From NCBI GenBank assembly GCA_964016885.1, contig OZ024743.1, positions 323,020,001-323,084,000 of the forward strand: a stretch of 64,000 nucleotides of DNA, read 5' to 3'. Every line of letters starts with the position of its first letter. Within the stretch, counting starts at the first letter, position 1. Position numbers and translations under genes: made by a program. Source of the stretch: Eledone cirrhosa (lineage: Eukaryota). A model generated the notes under the pieces. The model saw nothing but the letters and a program-made list of their open reading frames with translations, ran no database searches and was not told the DNA's origin. Of this stretch, positions 11,506 to 23,592 are shown piece after piece.

Positions 11506-13993
11506 TTTGTTTTGCGAGGTTTTTGACATGAAATTGTGTGAGCTCCTCCTTCTCCCCCTTTCTTCCTACATGCTTTGGTAAACAAATTTATGTTCGTCTC
11601 TTTTTCCTCTCTCTAGATTATTTCCCCATTTTTCCTACCAATCTCTAACTTCTTTCCTCACCCTCTATTCTTTTCTTTCTATTTCTTTACTAACAATTAT
11701 TAATACCTCTCCTCATCTTTCTTTCCCCTCCGTCTCTCTCCTTTCTATACACTTTCTATTATTCTCATCTCTCTCTCCCTTTCTATTAATTTCCTCCATC
11801 TTTCCCCAGTTTCATTTCTCTCCCTTTCTATTTATTCCTTCTCCCTTTCTACTGTTTCCCTCCCTCTTTCCTTTTATATTAATTATTCGCACTCCCACTG
11901 TCAGCTTCTTTCTCTTGTCTCATGTGAACTTACTCTGATATATCATTAACAGCCTCACAAGAGATTTACCACAAATTATTGGCTACAGAACGATTCGCAT
12001 GTAGTAAGCATTCGATATTTTCTTTATTTTCATATATTTATATATCCTTCACTTAGTGTTAGTATCAGAAATGGCTTCGTTTGGTGTGAAGCACTAGAAA
12101 TTGTTCTTCTGTTGATAAAGATTGCTAAAGCTACTCTGCCCACAACAGTGTTATATATATATTTGTGCACATTTGAATGATTCTCTGTACGAAGAAAGAA
12201 CATTGAACAATGTTATGGAGAAAACTTCCTGCATAACAACAGGATAAATAGTGAGACTGCAGACGAATCCACGATAGAAACCCAGCACAATAATATTGAA
12301 CCAAATATCACAATTGATTCCTGTCTTTACTAAGATATACATATAAGAAGAGATGGAAGGAATTACGACGAAATCTATATAACCCAGAACTGTGAAATGA
12401 AGTGAACTACCGCAGCTAACTCCTCTTTTCAAGCTACAAGCAACTTTGAAAGTGTGGAGTGTTTGTTGCTCCAACGGTTAAGTTAAGGTAAAGTCGGATA
12501 ATTTTACTGTTAAGGGCTTCCTTCGAGACTCTTATATCTCCAGGGTTGAAATATTTAAGGAATAATTAATAAAAAATTTAAACTAGATAACAACACTCGG
12601 CAAACATAGATAGAAGTCTAACATTTATATATTACTCTGTGTGTACTACATTTATTATTAGTAGTTCGACATTGGTTATTTGTTTTAGGGTTTTTTAGGG
12701 AGAGAGAATGTGGGGTAATTCTATTTTTATCATATTTAATTAACACTGGATAATTTGTGTTCGGGAAACTGCCGAACGATTAATAATACACTTTTACATC
12801 AATAAACAAATATACGCTTCACTATCGATATTTATATATATGTTTATACACACACACACACACACACTCTTACGTGTGCTGTATTTTTAAATAAACATTT
12901 GTGCATAATTTAGAAATCGTTTATCCATATCCAGACACACTCCCGAACAAATACATTCATATACAGATCTTCGGTAAAGCTCATTTGTATTCTTCTTGTA
13001 CTGTAATATACACATCTCCAGTATATATAGATACACACACCCGCCACTACAGAAAGGTACATACATCATATATACACATACATACACAGATTACAAACAT
13101 ATATTCATAGTTTACAATTGGGAAACCAGTCACTCAATAGCGGGAGAGGTCAGTTGATATGCAACATCAGCAACAACAAGTCTAATCAAAGTAACTACTG
13201 TTTAAGATCCTTAAAACTTATACCCAATCCGTCTCTATGGTTTATATCATGGTTCAAGAAAGAGTTATAAGTGACACATTGTGATTTTATGTCTATATTT
13301 TCATCTTCTCTTCGATGTGTAACAAGTAAGATATTGTTTTCCTTGTACGACTTTAACTGATTAAATTAACCTCTCATCTTTCGTATTTTACTTCATCAAA
13401 CATTGCCTTTCTCCCTTCCCCTAAACCTTTTCCTTGCTTTATATTTAATTTTTTCCCTCTTTCTTTTTCTTTTTGTTATTGCAAACATTATATAACCGAA
13501 TTGAAATTTGTCGAATAAATAAAAGTCCCTTCATCAAACTCTATTTGATCATCATCTTCACAGAAGACTCTCCTTCCGAAATATTTAAGTACTAGATATT
13601 GCCACGAGATTTTAGTTCCTTTCATGTATTATAACTAGTCATATCACAGAATTGTCCTTAACACCATATACTTTGATGGATTTTAAAGTTTATACGATAT
13701 AATTTACCAAATTATAATTTGATATGTATCATTTAATGGATGTTGATTAGCAAATTTTAATTTACCAGACATATGCTGCCTAATGTAATAAGTACAATAT
13801 TTAAAAGAATATTTTCCAAAATTTGTCATATGATATTCGGTAGAATTTAAATTCTTATTGTGGAGGTTAATTTTCACTAAACCTAACTCTTCTTATGGGA
13901 TTTTCATTGAGATTTACAAATCGATATGCATTGATTTGTTTCTCTTGTTGGTTTGTTAATAATTTATTTTCTTTTTTTGGTTTCTTTTTTCAG

Positions 13994-14453
13994 AATGCCG
14001 CTCTATGTTAAACCAGAGGAGCAAAGTACCAATAACAATACTATTGAAAATACTATGGTTAATGCCACGGCTGTTGGCACAGCTAGTAAAGTTGTTCATT
14101 CAAACTGTAAACAACACAAACAACCACAATCACAGCAACAACACAGACTCCATCACAATTACCACCACTACCACCACCATCACCACCACCACCAGCAACA
14201 ACATTCTTGCAGAGCTACTCATGTCAAACCAGCTTACGAACACGGACCTTCATGCCCCTCCCTTCTATCACCCCCTTCTAGACACTGTGACAGTATTTTC
14301 AGGAGGTTGATGTCCCTGTGTTTTATTATACTAGTGGTGTTGGTGAGGAAATCAGCTTGTAATTTTGTCAACCAAGTAGCTGTACATATTGAGGGTGGAG
14401 CACACATTGCAGACAGAGTTGCCAAAGAACATGGATATATAAATTTAGGCCAA
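13994..14453 (+). CDS. FURIN: Probable first coding exon of a furin-like subtilisin/kexin proprotein convertase (His/Gln-rich N-terminus, hydrophobic signal segment, start of S8 prodomain)
   Basis: Acceptor ttttttcag| at 13993, ATG at 13995, donor CAA|gtaagt at 14454. Translation ends LMSLCFIILVVLVRKSACNFVNQVAVHIEGGAHIADRVAKEHGYINLGQ, matching furin prodomain FTNTWAVRIPGG..A..VARKHGFLNLGQ with a phase-0 intron after LGQ. The paralog (furin vs PC5-like) is not certain. Confidence 0.85.
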
Positions 14454-14594
14454 GTAAGTACCAACTATATTGATTATTATTCTTTTGATTCTGACTTTGT
14501 ATACACGTCTGAATATATATACATTTTATATGTATGTGTGTATGGCCCCCTGTGCAAGGTTGACGTGCAAATTCATGAAGTGTTCCATATTTTT

Positions 14595-14641
14595 TGTTGT
14601 AGTGCACCTGAGCACTGTACACAATAATTTCATCATATTAT
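14595..14641 (+). mobile_element. 3' tail fragment of CR1-type LINE
   Basis: gttgtagtgcacctgagcactgtacacaataatttcat is nearly identical to 21454-21492. Confidence 0.7.
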
Positions 14642-14647
14642 ATATAT

Positions 14648-16219
14648 AAAGGCCTTAAAGTTAACTTGTCTAAGACTAAAGTCCTAGTTTGTAGAAAGGA
14701 AAATAAGGCACAGGTATCCTCAGGAAATGGCCTTGCTCAGTGTGTAGGAAAGGAGTAGGGCAGAAATTCCATTTTATGTCCCAAATGCAAAGTATGGGTA
14801 CATAAAAGATGTAGTGGGATCACAGGTAAACTATCTAAGAACGTAGACTTTATATGTGGCCGATGCTCAGGTGCAATAGGTAGCAAGTGTCCCCAGGATA
14901 CTAGCCCCTTCTATTGCCCAGATGGTTCTATAGAAATAGTAGACACTTTCCGTTACCTGGGTGACGAAATCAGCAGTGGTGGAGGGTGCTCTGAAAGTAC
15001 AGTAGCCAGAGTCAGAAGGGGATGGAAAAAGTTCAGAGAGCTTATACCGCTGTTGGCCGCTAAAGGTTTCATCATCATCATTTTACGTCCGCTTTTCCCT
15101 GCTTGCAAGGGTGGGACGGGAACTGATTCTGGCTTGATTTCTACAGCTGGATGCCCTTCCTAACACCAACCTCATTTACAGTGAGTGCTGGGTGCTTTTT
15201 TGCCGTGGCACCTCCACGACCACTTTGCAGTGGAATGATATGGACCTCAGTCCCTACCATCTCATTTCTACAGCTGAGTAAACTGGAACAATGTGAAATA
15301 AAGTGTCTTGCTCAAGGAAACAACACATCACCTGGTCCAAGAATTGAACTCACAACCTTTCGATTGCAAGGCTAATGCTCTAACCACTAAGCCATATGCC
15401 TCTCTCTAAAAATGAAAGGCAGATTGTATGATGCCTGTATACGAACAGCAATGCTGCATGGCAGTGAGACATGGGCATTACCTGCAGAGGACCTGTACAG
15501 ACTGGAAAGGAACGAAGCATGCATGCAAAGCATAAATGAACTAAGTGAGAAATTAGGAATAAGAGGGATCAGATGCTGTTTACTTGAGAGAAGACTACGT
15601 TGGTATGGCCACGTGATGCGCATGAAAGACGACAGCTGTATAAAAAAGTGCAGGGCGATCAAAATTGATGGTAGTTACTGAGTAGGTAGACCCAGAAAAA
15701 CCTGGGACGATCTGATAAATTCCGACCTTACATACTTGCACCTCTCTAAGACAAACTCACTGGACGGAGATCTTTGGCGTTACGCAGTAATACAGAAGAC
15801 CCGCCTTGCCTATGTACAAAGCGAAACCTACAGTCAGTAGGCACCTCTTAACCAAATATACACCCTAATCTACTACCCCTACCCTATCTTCCCATTCCCA
15901 CTAACACCACCCTCTCTCTGTAAAGTTGGTACCACAACATCCAGTCCAAATAAATGAGATCGAGATCGTGTAGGTGTCACAACAAAAAAACACACAGTCC
16001 ACGCTGTAATGTGGCCATGTAGGTAACACGGTAAAAAGTTCCCAGTTCCACACTGTAAATGTGGTTGGTGTTAGGAAGGGCATCCAGCCATAGAAAACCT
16101 GCCAGATAGGCCTATATGAGCGAGACACGGTCACCCGACCAACCTTGCCTCAAGTGGGACAACTCCCGTCTAACCCATGCTAGCTTGGAAGATGGACGTT
16201 AAACGAAGATGATGATGAT
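14648..16219 (+). mobile_element. RTE LINE copy 2 (3' part), interrupted by a SINE
   Basis: Very similar to 9630-11039; ends in (GAT)n. Confidence 0.92.
15071..15400 (-). mobile_element. tRNA-derived SINE family B (CORE-like body, RTE-type 3' tail) nested in RTE
   Basis: Minus strand: A-box tggcttagtgg, B-box-like gagttcaattc, ccttgagcaagacactt, tail ttaggaagggcatccag...(GAT)n. Confidence 0.85.
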
Positions 16220-16239
16220 TACACACACACACACACAGA

Positions 16240-16451
16240 GATTGTTGAGATGCTTGAACAAAAGAAATTGATGTGTGCTGTGTACAAGAGACTAGATGGA
16301 GGTGAGTGTCAAATAGATTGCTTGTGGGTATAAAAACGATGCTACAAATTTTTCTTGATGGGAAATGACAATGGGCTGGGTAGAGTAGGGATTATGGTTG
16401 CAGAAAAATAGGTAGACAACGTAATTGCTGTAAATAGTAAACGACAGAATA
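16240..16451 (+). mobile_element. RTE AP-endonuclease N-terminal fragment
   Basis: Decayed EMLE...IDVCCVQETRW...VGIMVAEK..D.VI.V...NDRI. Confidence 0.65.
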
Positions 16452-16833
16452 TGTCCTGTTGTGGGTAGTGCCCGGTCGGCTGGCCATGCCTTGCTCATAC
16501 AAGAACTGATTCTGGCTTGATTTCTACAGCTGGATGCCCTTCCTAACACCAACCTCATTTACAGTGAGTGCAGGGTACTTTTTTTCTGTGGCGCCTACAA
16601 GTCCACTTTACAGTGTGGGCTGGGTGCTTTTTTGCCATGGCACCTCCACGACCACTTTGCATTGGAATGATAGGGACCTCAGTCCTATCATCTCATTTCT
16701 ACAGCTGAGTAAACAGTCTGTAAAGTGTCTTGCTCAAGGAATCAACACATCACCTGGTCCGAGAATTGAACTCACAACCTTTCGATTGCAAGCCCAATGC
16801 CCTAACCACTAAGCCATGCTAAGCCATGCACCT

Positions 16834-16837
<4 letters not shown>
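16452..16837 (-). mobile_element. SINE family B
   Basis: Same head and body as 15071-15400 and 18272-18718. Confidence 0.85.
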
Positions 16838-16885
<48 letters not shown>

Positions 16886-16888
<3 letters not shown>

Positions 16889-17124
16889 TTATACTTTGGG
16901 AGGGTCATGTTGCCAATAAGAAACACACGCACCAGTTGCTTTCACTCCAATTTATTATAAATTAAATTTATAAATTTAAGAATTTATAAATTTCCGGTTG
17001 GTTGGTTCCACAACCGGAAATTTATAAATTCTTCAATTTATAAATTTAATTTATAATAAATTGGAGTGAAAGCACTGGTGCGTGTGTTTCTTATTGGCAA
17101 CATGACCCTCCAAAAGTATAACAA
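16886..17124. repeat. Near-perfect long inverted repeat (fold-back, ~115-bp arms, 10-nt loop)
   Basis: ttgttatactttgggagggtcatg...tttccggttg [gttggttcca] caaccggaaa...catgaccctccaaaagtataacaa. Confidence 0.92.
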
Positions 17125-17616
17125 TATCGGTTTCAACACACGTTTTCAGATAAAGAATCTTGCTAAACAAATTCAGAAACGAAATATATATATATATAAA
17201 ATCCAGGGCCTTCTCACCCCTGTTGGGGGAACCCCGCCCTTGTTGACCTCCTCCACTTTCTGTTTGGTTTTGATTATGTCAGGGATGTAACCGTACTCAT
17301 CACATTCTTGGCTATTTGTGGGTTAGTAAGGCTATTTAACCCATAGTTGATGTAGATGGCTGTTGATTCTGAGGAGTTCATCCACACTTTTAACTGCTTT
17401 TTTTTGTGCTGCTGTGGTTTCACTTAATGCCCTCACCAGACCAGTCTTGGTGGGGTAGCCAACCACTCAACCTTGAAGCAGGTTGTACTGACCATATATA
17501 TATACTTGGTATATTTTCTTTTAATTAATCAACTGATACTAGTGTACACAGAATAGGGAACTTGATGAAGTATACAAGTATGTTTGTGTACTCCGGAATA
17601 TTGGTATAACAATCTT

Positions 17617-17787
17617 CATTTCATCCGCTTTTTCCCTGCTTGCGAGGGTGGGACGGGAACTGATTCTGGCTTGATTTCTACAGCTGAGTTAACTGGAGCA
17701 ATTTGAAACATCACCGGTCTGAGATTTGAACTCACAACCATTCGATTGCAAGGCCAATGCTCTAACCACTAAGCCATGTGCCTCCAT
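17617..17787 (-). mobile_element. Internally deleted SINE family B
   Basis: Head and tail joined at the shared tttctacagctg motif. Confidence 0.75.
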
Positions 17788-17830
17788 CAACAATATATAT
17801 GTGTATATATATATATATTGTATATATATA

Positions 17831-18152
17831 ATAATTGTTTCTACTTTTGGCACAAGGCCAGCAATTGCCCAGTACATTATTGGTACTTTATTTTATCGAC
17901 CCCTGTAAGGACGAAGGGTAAAGTTAATCTCGGCGGAATAATAAGCATGGACGAGGTGTCAAATTTTCATACCTCGTTATTTGGCAGTATCAGAGCATCG
18001 GACACTATACTTTGCAGCATAGTATGGCCCTTAACCTTCTGAGTTCAAATCCCGCCAAGGTTAACTTTGCTTTTCATCCTTATGGGGTCGATAAAATAAA
18101 GCACCAGTAATGCACTGGGGTAATTGTTGGCCTTGTGCGAAAATTAGAAACA
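17831..18152. mobile_element. Two SINE family A copies in inverted orientation
   Basis: Minus copy ~17831-17938 and plus copy ~17980-18152. Confidence 0.8.
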
Positions 18153-18271
18153 TTTAATATTATTACACTCTTAGTACAACCTCAAAGTATATACTGAAGA
18201 CTACGCATCAAGTACTCACTTCGGTGAACCAACAGTAACTTGAGATTACAATCCCTATTTTCTATATATAT

Positions 18272-18718
18272 ATCATCATCATCATCATCATCATCATCAC
18301 CGTTTTACGTCTGTTTTTCCACGCTAGCATGGGTTAGACGGGTTGTCCTGTTGTGGGCAGTGTCCAGTCGGCTTACCTTGTCATACGGGAACTGATTCTC
18401 GCTTGATTTCTACAGCTGGATGCCCTTCCTAACACCAACCTCATTTACAGTGAGTGCTGGGTGCTTTTTCGTGGCGCCTACACGTCCACTTTACAGTGTG
18501 GGCTGGGTGCTTTTTTGCCGTGGCACCTCCACGACCACTTTGCAGAGGAATGATAGGGACCCCAGTCCTATCAACTCATTTCTACAGCTGAGTAAACTGG
18601 AGCAATTTGAAATAAGTGTCTTGCTCAAGGAAACAACACATCACCCGGTCTGAGAATTGAACTCACAACCTTTCAATTGCAAGGCCAATGCTCTAACCAC
18701 TAAGCCATGTGCCTTCAC
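18272..18718 (-). mobile_element. SINE family B, near full length
   Basis: gtgaaggcacatggcttagtggttagagc head, B box, CORE-like segment, 48-bp units, (GAT)n tail. Confidence 0.88.
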
Positions 18719-19464
18719 TATATATATATATACACATCCACGCATGCGCGTGCACGGTGTTAAAACGATCAAATTTTAGTTTAGATCTTTTATTAGCTGA
18801 CAATTGTTTCTTCCAGAGGGAAGTCTGGAATCATCGGAGCATAAGGAATGTCGAAAACATGTAACTAGAGTCCTAGTCATTTAGAACATTTAGGGTACAT
18901 AATTGTTATTAGTGTCAAAGGCATCATGTGGAGAGTCAGGAGTTAAAAAGATGTTCTGCTTGAAATAACACAATTACAGGCAGCACTGGTTAGAAGTGTA
19001 ATAGGTATAAGTAAAAGTAAAAAGCACAAGCAAAAAAAATCACAAGAAAAAAAACACAGGGAAAGAAGTTACAAGCAAGGACAATCGGTGTACAATGCAG
19101 GAGTCAATACAGTTAATAAGGCATGTATGAGGAAAGAGTTATACTGCAGTTGAAATAAACATATTTTGTGTGGGGTGTTAAAGCATGTTATAATTGTTAT
19201 AAACATTTAAGATAGTGTGCAATTTGTTAGAGAGGCATGTGGTGATAATGTCGGTATTTGTTATGTAAGGTGTAATGCAAAGCATATGATAGAGTTGGGT
19301 ATGTGATTTTCATTTAAGTGTTTTTGTATTGTAGTTCGTATTTATGTGCATGTGTTGTTTGTTACTCACAGCTATTAACCATGGGATTATTTTAAGTCGT
19401 TTATAGTCAATAGGTGTTTGTTTGTTAAATGTAAATACCGCCGAATTACTGGCCATGTTGTTAT

Positions 19465-19501
<37 letters not shown>

Positions 19502-19765
19502 AAAAGGTAAGCAGAAATAACAACACAATTGGTACAGTATATGGAAGGTATATATTAGGTTAACGCTTGATATAGCAGGAATATATATATATATTAAAGA
19601 AGAGAGAGAGTGTGTGTATGTCTGCAGTGCTGTGTCTGGAAAGACGAATAATCAAAGTAGTACTTGATGTGTAATGGGATGCAGAATTGGTATGTTTAGG
19701 AAGAAAAGTTAGATGTGTGCAGATCTGTAGTGTTGGCTTTAGAAAAGGCATTCAGCATTATATAT

Positions 19766-20185
19766 CATCATCATTTTACGTTTGTTGTTCCACACTTGCA
19801 TGGGTTAGATGGGTCCTTCTCAGTACAGCATCTCTCCACTTGTCGTGTTCCTCTGTCATCTCCTCTGTAAGCTTTAGCGATCTGAGATTAGCTCACACCA
19901 CCTCTAGCCAGGTCTTCCTTGGTCATCCTCTACTGTGGCTTCCCTCCCCTGGGATTACTTGACACTTCTTCACCCAGCAATCATCATCCATGCACATGTC
20001 CATACCAATGGCGTCGCCTCTCTTGCATACAACTTCTGATACCTCTTATACTCAATTTCTCCCTCGGTTCATCCATGCTTTGTCGTTCTCTCACATTCAT
20101 TGAACTATACTTGCTTCACTTCTCTCCAGCCATTGCATGTCCTCTGCAGTCACTGCCCATATCTCACTACCATGCCTCACAGTAT
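19766..20185 (-). mobile_element. Old RTE LINE 3' fragment
   Basis: Minus strand decayed IRSCMQERRRHWYGHV and (GAT)n tail. Confidence 0.7.
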
Positions 20186-20224
20186 TGAGGAGTTATTTTA
20201 GGTAAAATCATACATAGACAGTCA

Positions 20225-21502
20225 CATCACCCGGATCACTGATGGCGGCTCATGGGTGGATGTTGTTTACCTTGACTTTGCGAAAGCTTTCAATTCTGTG
20301 CCACACAAAAGGCTTATGGCAAAACTCTCTGCAATGGGTGTGAAGGATGATCTTTTTAACTGGTTGAAGTCCTTCATTCTCAGTCGAAGAGAGGTAGTCA
20401 CGGTTCTGGGACAACATTCCTCACCATATGAGATGTCATCTGGTGTACCACAGGGATCTGTTCTTGGCCCTCTTTTGTTTGTGGCATAGATTAATGACAT
20501 AGATGCCAACTTAAAGAATGCCACGGTACTAAAGTACACAGATGACATCAAGCTGTACCTTGAGATAAAAAGGACAGATCCTGAACACTATAGATCTTGC
20601 TTACAGTCTGACCTGGACACAATGCAACAATGGATCTCAGACTGGCAACTCAAGCTAGCTGTGGACAAGTGTACCACCATGCATTTTGGGAGTAAAAACC
20701 CAGCATCCACATACTCCCTCCACAGCACTAATATCAAGAAGTCTTCTTGTGAATATGACCTGGGCATTACGGTCAGCAGTGATTTGCGTTGGATGAAGCA
20801 CATCTCTAAAATTGTCAAGAAGGCCGAGGGTGTTTTAGCATCACTCAGCAAGACCTTTGTCAGCCGCTCTCCAACTATCTATTTAAGGCTGTACATGACT
20901 ATGGTGCGGCCACACTTAGAATTTGCATCACCAGTCTGGAACCCCTATCTTGCTCAGAACATTGACTGCCTGGAAACTATTCAGATATGTGCAACCAAGC
21001 GAATACCCTCCATCAGGCATCTACCATACTCTGAATGCCTTGCTTCCCTGGGCATGGATACATTGAAGCTCCGACGTCTGGCAACTGACTTGGTAAACAC
21101 CCACAAAATTATTAACCATCTTGCCAACAACAACTCTGAGTACCTTTTTGATTTCCATGTGTCTAACACATGTGGGCATGCCAACAAAGTCAGAAAACAG
21201 CACAGTTCCCATGACTTTTGGAAACATTTTTTCACGCTCAGAGTTGCTGAAGCATGGAACAAACTCCCTGCATCAGCTGTTAGCTGTCGAGACACTGCAT
21301 CCTTTAAAATCTCCATGCTTCCCGAGATTCGCCAACACTACACCTAATGTTCCCCCTCCATACACATACACACATGTATATCATGACACCTACACTATTC
21401 ACTTCCCTGACATTTGTATATTATTCTATGTACTATACAAACAGCTTTGACGAGTTGTAGTGCACCTGAGCACTTTACACAATAATTTCATTATTATTAT
21501 TT
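20225..21502 (+). mobile_element. CR1/L2-group LINE, 5'-truncated RT
   Basis: DVVYLDFAKAF, SGVPQGSVLGPLLF, YTDD, RPHLEFASPVWNP, FFTLRVAEAWNKLP; (ATT)n tail. Confidence 0.9.
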
Positions 21503-21725
21503 TAAACATGAACTAAATGAACACTCTGTACATATGGTGGCAGTGACTTTAAAGTTTTAGATTTAATGAATCTCTCCAAACTGCCTCATGGGGATCTGTA
21601 AAGCTGAAACTTCAGTCACTTAGTTTTAAAAAAAATATATATATATGTATATTTGCCCAGGGCATTCCTGATGATTTCGTATGAATGAAACAGTTCTAGT
21701 CCCATAGCAGCCATTTCTATATAAA

Positions 21726-21899
21726 ATAATTGTTTCTATTTTAGGCACAAGGCCAGCAATTACACAGTACATTACTGGTACTTTATTTTATCGACCCCGT
21801 AAGGATGAAAGGCAAAGTTAACCTCGGCGGGATTTGAACTCAGATCGTAACTCTATGCTTCAAAGCATGGTGTCCGACCCTCTACCGATACTGCCAATT
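21726..21899 (-). mobile_element. SINE family A
   Basis: Matches 24486-24672. Confidence 0.85.
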
Positions 21900-22014
21900 G
21901 TTCACACTCTACTCATGTATTGAGTACCTTATTTACTGTGGTTACCCCTTATATAACTCAAGATCTACACACATACACACGCACACACACATATATATAT
22001 ATATGTGTCGCGAC

Positions 22015-22750
22015 GTGTAGGTGTCATGACAAAAAGCACCCAGCCCACACTGTAAAGTGGTTCTGTAGGTACCACAACAAAAAATACCCAGCCCACACTG
22101 TAAAGTGGTTGTGTAGGTACCACAACAAAAAGCACCCAGTCCACACTGTAAAGTGGTTGTGTAGGTACCACTACAAAAAGCACCCAGTCCACACTGTAAA
22201 GTGGTTGTGTAGGTACCACTACAAAAAGCACCCAGTCCACACTGTAAAGTGGTTGTGTAGGTACTACTACAAAAAGCACCTAGTCCACACTGTAAAGTGG
22301 TTGTGTAGGTACCACTACAAAAAGCACCCAGTCCACACTGCAAAGTGGTTGTGTAGGTACTACTACAAAAAGCACCCAGTCCACACTGTAAAGTGGTTGT
22401 GTATGTACCACTACAAAAAGCACCCAGTCCACACTGTAAAGTGGTTGTGTATGTACCACTACAAAAAGCACCCAGTCCACACTGTAAAGTGGTTGTGTAG
22501 GTACTACTACAAAAAGCACCTAGTCCACACCATAAAAAAGTGGTCATGTAGGTGTCATGACACCAACCACATTTACACTGTAAATGTGGTTGGTGTTTGG
22601 AAGGGCATCCAGCCGTAGAAACCAAACCAAAACCAGTCTTGTATGAGCAAGTCATGGTCATCGGACCTGGCTTGTTTCAAAACGGGGTAACTTGTCTAAC
22701 CCATTCTAGCATGGAAAATGGACGTTCAACGATGATGATGATAATGATGA
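22015..22750 (+). repeat. 48-bp minisatellite (~11 units) expanded inside an RTE/SINE 3' tail
   Basis: Unit aaaaagcacccagtccacactgtaaagtggttgtgtaggtaccactac, followed by ggaagggcatccag tail and (GAT)n. Confidence 0.92.
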
Positions 22751-22831
22751 TATTGTTATGAGTTAAATGATTGACAAAAACTTAATAAATAGGTGTTCCA
22801 GCAACATATAACATAAATTATAATACATTAG

Positions 22832-23010
22832 CCCTTCAGCATTCAGCCCGATTCTCTCTCCTCATTCTGTTCAAATCAGCTGCTCATATTTATGTTAAGG
22901 TGTTGTTCTCAAAATAAATGTCAAAATCTTGTAGATTCAATATTATGTGAGATAATGTTTTTACCATGAAAATACAATACTTAATATAGATTAATGTAAA
23001 TGCTAAAGGG
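22832..23010. mobile_element. piggyBac-like MITE
   Basis: CCCTTCAGCATT ... AATGCTAAAGGG TIRs, flanked by TTAG direct repeat; related to 42704-42907. Confidence 0.6.
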
Positions 23011-23556
23011 TTAGAGCAGCCTCAATGTAATGTATGTCAAAACTATCACCAACATTATCAAAACTATTATTTTGTAGTTACAGCCATGGGGACATGGTTT
23101 TTTTTTTTGGTTTTTTTTTCTGCACTTGGTAGAAAATTATTTAGTTCATATCATAGATCTTCTGAATTCATATATTTTACCCATTTGATACCAACTCTCC
23201 TAAAATCACCCTAGTTTTATTAGACAAATCTGCACCTATTAAAATCTTCATACTTAGTATTAAAGCCTTCCATCATAATTCTATTTAAGAAATTTTTTTA
23301 AAGTAGTGTTCCAAACATCAGCTTACTGATGAACCAGTTCTTTTTTTTTCTTCTTTTCCTTTTCTCTTTTTTTCTCCTTCTCGTCTCCCTCCTCCTTCCA
23401 CTTATTCCTGGGAGGGTCGTGGGTACAATGTCTTCAAGCATGAGTCAGTGTATATCATTAGAAACATGGTAAGAAAAGTGTTAACAAAAGACTCTCAAAT
23501 GTTCCGATAGTAAGGTCGGTCGGCCTTATATCAGCATTTCACTTTGACATAAAATG

Positions 23557-23592
<36 letters not shown>

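Noticed and set aside
14454-14627. Read-through of the furin exon (VSTNYIDYYSF resembles furin DYYHF)
   Set aside because: Strong gtaagt donor at the expected intron position; similarity stops at once and the frame runs into a LINE tail
21920-22661. Repetitive 232/239-aa ORFs and CRISPR-like periodicity
   Set aside because: Contiguous 48-bp units with no unique spacers and no cas genes; derived from a retroelement tail
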